64,000 nucleotides of DNA from Eledone cirrhosa. Lineage: Eukaryota. Numbering within the stretch: position 1 is the stretch's first letter; the number at the start of each line of letters is the position of its first letter. Positions 57,900 through 64,000 of the stretch are shown one piece after another. The notes under the pieces were generated by a model. The model made no database searches, had not been told where the DNA came from, and saw nothing but the letters and a program-made list of their open reading frames with translations. The DNA lies in NCBI GenBank assembly GCA_964016885.1, contig OZ024743.1, positions 130,882,001 through 130,946,000 on the forward strand. Direction: 5' to 3'. The translations under genes and the position numbers were made by a program.

Positions 57900-60800
57900 T
57901 TGGTGTTTGGTGCTGGGTGTTTGGTGCTTGGTGCTTGGTGTTTGGTGCATGGTGCTTTGTTTTTGGTGTTTGTCGCTTGGTGCTTGGTGCTTGGTGTATG
58001 GTGCTTGGTGTTTGGTGTTTGGTGCTTGGTGCTTGGTGTTTGGTGTTTGGTGCTTGGTGTTTGGTGTTTGGTGCTTGGTGCTTGGTGTTTGTTGCTCGGT
58101 ACTTGGTGCATGGTGTTTGGTGCTGGGTGCTTGGTGTTTGGTGCTTGGTGTTTGGTGCTTGGTGTTTGGTGTTTGGGGCTTCGTGCTTGGGGCTTGGTGT
58201 TTGGTGCTAGGTGCTTGGTGCTTGGTGTTTGGTGCTTGGTGTTTGGTGCTTGGTACTTGGGGCTTGGTGTTTGGTGCTTGGTGCTTGGGGTTTGGTGCTT
58301 GGTGCTTGGTCTTCGGTGTTTGGTGCTTGGTGCTTGGTGCTTGGTGCTGGGTGGTTGGTGTTTGGTGCTTGGTGCTTGGTATTTGGTGCTTGGTGCTTGG
58401 TGCTTGGTGTTTGGTGCTTGGTGCTTGGTGCTTGGTCTTTGGTGCTTGGTGTTTGGTGTTTGGTGCTTGGTGCTTGGTGTTTGGTGCTTGGTGCTTGTGG
58501 TTTGGTGTTTGGTGCTTGGTGCTTGGTGTTTGGTGCTTGGTGCTTGGTGTTTGGCGCTTGGTGTTTCGTTTTTGCTGTTTGGTGTTTGGTGTTTGGTGTT
58601 TGGTGTTTGCTGTTTGCTGTTTGGTGTCTGCTTTTTGGTGTTTGGTGTTTGCTGTATGGTGTTTGGTGTTTGGTGTTTGGTGTTTCCTGTTTGGTCTTTA
58701 GTCTTTGGTGCTTGGTGTTTGGTGCTTGGTGCTTGGTGTTTGGTGTTTGGTTCTTGGTGCTTGGTGTTTGGTGCTTGGTGCTTGGTGCTTGTTGTTTGGT
58801 GATTGGTGTTGGTGCTTGGTGTTTGGTGTTTGGTGCTTGGGGCTTGGTGCTTGGTGCTGCGTGCTTGGTGCTTGGTGCTTGGTGCTTGGTGTTTTGTGTT
58901 TGGTGTTTGATGCTTGGTGTTTGGTGTTTGGTGTTTGGTGCTTGGTGTTTGGTGTTTGGTGTTTGGTGCTTGGTGCTTGGTGTTTGATGCTTGGTGCTTG
59001 ATGCTTGGTGCTTGGTGTATGGTGCTTGGTGTTTGTACTTGGTGCTTGGTGCTTGGTGTTTGGTGCTTGGTGTTTGGTGCTTGCTGTTTGGTGTTTGCTG
59101 TTTGCTGTTTGGTGTTTGCTGTTTGGTGTTTGCTGTTTGGTGTTTGGTGCTTGCTGTTGGGTGCTTGGTGTTTGGTGCTTGGTGCTTACTGTTTGGTGTT
59201 TGGTGTTTGGTGCTTGGTGCTTGGGGCTTGGTGTTTGGTGCTTGGTGCTTGGTGCTTGGTGTTTGGTGTTTGGTGCTTGGTGTTTGGTGCTTGGTGCTGG
59301 GTGTTTGGTGCTTGGTGTTTGGTTCATGGTGCTTGGTGCTTGGTGTTTGTCGCTTGGTGCTTGGTGCTTGGTGTTTGGTGCTTGGTATTTGGTGATTGGT
59401 GCTTGGTGTTTGGTGTTTGGTGCTTCGTGCTTGGTGTTTGGTGTTTGGTGCTTGGTGTTTGGTGTTTGGTGCTGGGTGCTTGGTGTTTGGTGCTTGGTGT
59501 TTGGTGCTTGGTGCTTGGTGTTTGGTGTTTGGTGTTTGATGCTAGGTGTTTGATGCTTGGTGCTTGGTGCTTGGTGTTTGGTGCTTGGTGTTTGTACTTG
59601 GTGTTTGGTGCTTGGTGTTTTGTGCTTGGTTCTTGGTGTTTGGTGTTTGGTGCTTGGTGCTTGGTGCTTGGTGTTAGGTGTTTGGTGCTTGGTGCTTGGT
59701 GTTTGGTGTTTGTTCCTTGGTGCTTGGTGTTTAGTGCTTGGTGCTTGGTGTTTGTTGTTTGGTGTTTTCTGCTTGCTGCTTGGTGTTTGGTGCTTGGTGC
59801 TTGGTGCTTGGTGTTTGGTGTTTGGTGCTAGGTGCTTGGTGTTTGGTGTTTGGTGTTTGGTGTTTGATGCTTGGTGTTTGGTGCTTGGTGTTTGGTGTTT
59901 GGTGCTTGGTGCTTGCGGCTTGGTGTTTGGTGCTTGGTGCTTGGTGCTGGGTGGTTGGTATTTGGTGCTTGGTGCTTGGTGTTTGGTGCTTGGTGCTTGG
60001 TGCTTGGTGTTTGGTGCTTGGTGCTTGGTGCTTGGTCTTTGGTGCTTGGTGTTTGGTGCTTGGTGCTTGGTGCTTGGTGTTTGGTGCTTGGTGATTAGTG
60101 TTTGGTGCTTGGTGCTTGGGGTTTGGTGTTTGGTGCTTGGTACTTGGTGTTTGGTGCTTCGTGTTTGGTGTTTGCTGTTTGGTGTTTGGTGTTTGGTGTA
60201 TGCTGTTTGGTGTCTGCTTTTTGGTGTTTGGTGTTTGCTGTATGGTGTTTGCTGTTTGGTGTTTGGTGTTTGCTGTTTTGTGTTTAGTGTTTGCTGTTTG
60301 GTCTTTGGTCTTTGGTGCTTGGTGTTTGGTGCTTGGTGCTTGGTGTTTGGTGTTTGGTGCTTGGTGTTTGGTGTTTGGTGCTTGGTGCTTGGTGTTTGGT
60401 GTTTGGTGTTTGGTGCTTGGTGTTTGGTGTTTGGTGTTTGGTGCTTGGTGCTTGGTGTTTGGTGTTTCGTGTTTGGTGTTTGGTGCTTGTTGCTTGGTGC
60501 TTGGTGCTTTGTGTTTGGTGCTTGGTGCTTGGTGTTTGGTGCTTGGTGCTTGGTGTTTGGTGTTTGGTGCTTGGTGCTTGGTGTTTGGTGTTTGGTGTTA
60601 TATGCTTGGTGCTTGGTGTTTGGTGCTTGGTGCTTGGTGTGTGGTGCTTGTTGCTTGGTACTTGGTGCTTGGTGTTTGGTGCTTGGTGCCTGGTGTTTGG
60701 TGCTTGGTGCTTGGTGCTTGGTGTTTGGTGCTTGGTGCTTGGTGTTTGGTGTTTGGTGCTTGGTGTTTGGTGTTTGGTGTTTGGTGCTTGGTGCTTGGTG

Positions 60801-63800
60801 TTTGGTGCTTGGTGCTTGGTGTTTGGTGTTTCGTGTTTGGTGTTTGGTGCTTGTTGCTTGGTGCTTGGTGCTTGGTGCTTGGTGCTTGGTGCTTGGTGTT
60901 TGGTGTTTGGTGCTTGGTGCTTGGTGTTTGGTGTTTGGTGTTATATGCTTGGTGTTTGATGCTTGGTGCTTGGTGCTTGGTGTTTGGTGCTTGGTGCTTG
61001 GTGTTTGTACTTGTTGCTTGGTGCTTGGTTCTTGGTGTTTGGTGCTTGGTGTTTGGTGCTTGGTGTTTGGTGCTTGGTGCCTGGTGCTTTGTGCTTGGTG
61101 CTTGGTGTTTGGTGCTTGGTGTTTGGTGCTTGGTGTTAGGTGTTTGGTGCTTGGTGCTTGGTGTTTGGTGCTTGGTATTTGGTGCTTGGTGCTTGGTGTT
61201 TGGTGTCTGGTGCTTGGTGTTTGGTGCTTGGTACTTGGTGCTTGGTGCTTGGTGTTAGGTGTTTGGTGCTTGGTGCTTGGTGTTTGGTTTTTGGTGTTTG
61301 GTGCTTGGTGTTTGGTGTTTGGTGCTTGCTGCTGGCTGCTTGGTGTTTGGTGCTTGGTGATTGGTGCTTGGTGTTTGGTGCTTGGTGTTTGGTGTTTGGT
61401 ACTAGGTGCTTGGTGCTTGGTGTTTGGTGCTTGGTGCTTGGTGTCTGGTGTTTGGTGTTTGGTGCTTGGTGCTTGGTGTTTGGTGCTTGGTCTTTGGTGC
61501 TTGGTGTTTGGTGCTTGGTGCTTGGTGTTTGGTGCTTAGTGCTTGGTGATTAGTGTTTGGTGCTTGGTGCTTGTGGTTTGGTGTTTGGTGCTTGGTGCTT
61601 GGTGTTTGGTGCTTGGTGCTTGGTGTTTGGTGCTTGGTGTTTGGTTTTTGCTGTTGGCTGTTTGGTGTTTGGTGTTTGCTGTTTGCTGTTTGGTGTCTGC
61701 TTTTTGGTGTTTGGTGTTTGCTGTATGGTGTTTGCTGTTTCGTGTTTATTGTTTGCTGTTTGGTGTTTGGTGTTTGGTGCTTGGTGTTTTGTGCTTGGTT
61801 CTTGGTGTTTGGTGTTTGGTGCTTGGTGCTTGGTGTTTGGTGTTTGGTCCTTGGTGCTTGGTGTTTAGTGCTTGGTGCTTGGTGTTTTTTGTTTGGTGCT
61901 ATCTGCTTGCTGCTTGGTGTTTGGTGCTTGGTGATTGGTGCTTGGTGTTTGGTGCTTGGTGCTTGGTGTTTGGTGTTTGGTGCTAGGTGCTTGGTGTTTG
62001 GTGTTTGGTGTTTGGTGCTTGGTGTTTGGTGCTTGGTACTTGGGGCTTGGTGTTTGGTGCTTGGTGCTTGGTGTTTGGTGTTTGGTGCTTGGGGCTTGGT
62101 GTTTGGTGTTGCGTGCTTGGTGCTTGGTGCTTGGTGCTTGGTGTTTTGTGTTTGGTGTTTGATGCTTGGTGTTTGGTGTTTGGTGTTTGGTGCTTGGTGT
62201 TTGGTGTTTGGTGTTTCCTGTTTGGTCTTTAGTCTTTGGTGCTTGGTGTTTGGTGCTTGGTGCTTGGTGTTTGGTGCTTGGTGTTTGGTTTTTGCTGTTT
62301 GCTGTTTGGTGTTTGGTGTTTGCTGTTTGCTGTTTGGTGTCTGCTTTTTGGTGTTTGGTGTTTGCTGTATGGTGTTTGCTGTTTCGTGTTTATTGTTTGC
62401 TGTTTGGTGTTTGGTGTTTGGTGTTTCCTGTTTGGTCTTTAGTCTTTGGTGCTTGGTGTTTGGTGCTTGGTGCTTGGTGTTTGGTGCTTGGTGGTTGGTG
62501 CTTGTTGTTTGGTGATTGGTGCTTGGTGTTTGGTGGTTGGTGCTTGGGGCTTGGTGTTTGGTGCTGCGTGCTTGGTGCTTGGTGCTTGGTGCTTGTTGTT
62601 TTGTGTTTGGTGTTTGATGCTTGGTGTTTGGTGTTTGGTGTTTGGTGCTTGGTGCTTGGTGTTTGGTGTTTGATGCTTGGTGCTTGATGCTTGGTGCTTG
62701 GTGCTTGGTGTTTGGTGCTTGGTGCTTGGTGATTGTACTTGGTGCTTGGTGCTTGGTGTTTGGTGCTTGGTGTTTGGTGCTTGGTGTTTGGTGTTTGCTC
62801 TTTGCTGTTTGGTGTTTGGTGTTTGCTGTTTGGTGTTTGGTGTTTGGTGTTTGCTGTTTGGTGTTTGTTGTTTGGTGCTTGGTGTTTGGTGCTTGGTGCT
62901 TGGTGTTTGGTGTTTGGTGTTTGGTGCTTGGTGCTTGGGGCTTGGTGCTTGGTGCTTGGTGCTTGGTGCTTGGTGTTTGGTGTTTGGTGCTTGGTGTTTG
63001 GTGCTTGGTGCTTGGTGCTGGGTGTTTGGTGCTTGGTGCTTGGTGTTTGGTGCATGGTGCTTGGTTTTTGGTGTTTGTCGCTTGATGCTTGGTGCTTGGT
63101 GTTTGGTGCTTGGTGTTTGTACTTGGTGCTTGGTGCTTGGTGTTTTGTGCTTGGTTCTTGGTGTTTGGTGTTTGGCGCTTGGTGCTTGGTGTTAGGTGTT
63201 TGGTGCTTGGTGCTTGGTGTTTGGTGTTTGGTCCTTGGTGCTTGGTGTTTAGTGCTTGGTGCTTGGTGTTTTTTGTTTGGTGCTTTCTGCTTGCTGCTTG
63301 GTGTTTGGTGCTTGGTGATTGGTGCTTGGTGTTTGGTGCTTGGTGCTTGGTGTTTGGTGTTTGGTGCTAGGTGCTTGGTGTTTGGTGTTTGGTGTTTGTT
63401 GCTTGGTGTTTGGTGCTTGGTACTTGGGGCTTGGTGTTTGGTGCTTGGTGCTTGGTGTTTGGTGTTTGGTGCTTGGGGCTTAGTGTTTGGTGTTGCGTGC
63501 TTGGTGCTTGGTGCTTGGTGTTTTGTGTTTGGTGTTTGATGCTTGGTGTTTGGTGTTTGGTGTTTGGTGCTTGGTGTTTGGTGTTTGGTGTTTGGTGCTT
63601 GGTGCTTGGTGTTTGATGCTTGGTGCTTGATGCTTGGTGCTTGGTGTTTGGTGCTTGGTTTTTGTACTTGGTGCTTGGTGCTTGGTGTTTGGTGCTTGGT
63701 GTTTGGTGCTTGGTGTTTGGTGTTTGCTGTTTGCTGTTTGCTGTTTGCTGTTTGGTGTTTGCTGTTTGGTGTTTGCTGTTTGGTGTTTGGTGCTTGCTGT

Positions 63801-64000
63801 TGGGTGTTTGGTGTTTGGTGCTTGCTGCTTAGTGTTTGGTGTTTGGTGTTTGGTGCTTGGTGCTTGGGGCTTGGTGTTTGGTGTTTGGTGCTTGGTGCTT
63901 GGTGCTGGGTGTTTGGTGCTTGGTGTTTGGTGCATGGTGCTTGGTGCTTGGTGTTTGTCGCTTGGTGCTTGGTGCTTGGTGTTTGGTGCTTGGTGCTTGG
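57900..64000. repeat. Mosaic copy of earlier domain C segments (offset ~10.9-11.2 kb, then 6.9 kb and 6.7 kb)
   Basis: 47574/58705 (11131), 48904/60098 (11194), 50345/61553 (11208), then 55034/61935 (6901) and 55545/62236, 55986/62677, 56929/63620 (6691). A private 6-mer TTGGTG is shared at 47672 and 58803. Confidence 0.8.

Larger units (their letters stand above)
1..64000. repeat. Heptamer satellite array (TTGGTGY)n, ~9,150 head-to-tail monomers, single orientation, running off both window edges
   Basis: Every line parses into TTGGTGC/TTGGTGT or close variants (TTGCTGT, TTGATGC, TTGGTAC, TAGGTGT, TTGGTTC, TTGGGGY, TTGTTGY, TTGGTGA). The plus strand is T/G-rich with A almost absent, and no inverted (CACCAA) block was seen. 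Confidence 0.99.
45730..64000. repeat. HOR domain C: marked by TTCCTGT-TTGGTCT-TTAGTCT, TTGTGGT and TTATTGT (its start is also copied at ~39,090-40,334 by the 6,644 bp duplication)
   Basis: TTCCTGT first appears at ~39845 and recurs at ~46489, 47553, 50545, 51839, 52049, 54230, 55524, 55734, 58684, 62215 and 62425. It was not seen left of 39 kb. Confidence 0.8.

Noticed and set aside
3-63832. Hundreds of plus-strand ORFs encoding W/C/L/V/G-rich repeats resembling membrane proteins
   Set aside because: They overlap in all three frames with the same peptide, start at TTG/GTG inherent to the monomer, end at random A-containing variants, and have no unique domain, RBS or splice context.
2575-63935. 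Long minus-strand ORFs (922, 915, 906, 1247 aa) resembling mucin, adhesin or antifreeze repeat proteins
   Set aside because: The minus strand is nearly T-free, so stops are intrinsically rare. There is no signal peptide or non-repetitive terminus, non-triplet 5- and 6-bp units and stops are freely propagated, and ORF limits simply follow the HOR duplications.
1-64000. CRISPR array or other repeat-spacer/cassette system (recurring marker motifs separated by variable tracts)
   Set aside because: The intervening tracts are the same heptamer rather than unique spacers. There is no palindromic repeat, constant spacing, leader, cas, recombinase or reverse transcriptase gene in the window.
1-64000. 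Canonical telomerase-synthesised telomere tract
   Set aside because: Rare variants are copied in kb-scale blocks, which indicates recombination or replication-based amplification, and the motif is not a telomere repeat I recognise. Kept only as a telomere-like hypothesis.
1-64000. Low-complexity sequencing or base-calling artefact
   Set aside because: Specific rare variants recur at exact offsets with self-consistent length arithmetic and a nested history, which noise would not give. Individual perfect duplications could still be assembly errors.

Overview
All 64 kb is one uninterrupted, single-orientation heptamer satellite with consensus TTGGTG(C/T) (minus strand (G/A)CACCAA), about 9,150 monomers. 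I find no genes, RNA genes, mobile elements, CRISPR arrays or unique sequence. All ORFs in the track (WCLVLG[AV] and TKHQ[AT]P[SN] repeats) are translation artefacts of a stop-free 7-mer. The real content is internal architecture. Position 7 is a near-binary C/T switch, and rare variant monomers act as lineage markers for a nested higher-order repeat (HOR) hierarchy: 7 bp, a local 21 bp motif, 210/238/264/671 bp segments, an old ~1.2-1.45 kb module, and recent 2,524, ~2,955, 3,685, ~4,800, 5,468, 6,644 and ~11,100 bp duplications. These form marker-defined domains in the order A-B-A-C. The size and purity are most consistent with eukaryotic satellite heterochromatin (centromeric, pericentromeric or subtelomeric), but the organism and function cannot be determined from the sequence. 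I see no evidence for a new protein-encoded system. Boundaries were read by eye from marker monomers and ORF-track offsets and are approximate unless stated.
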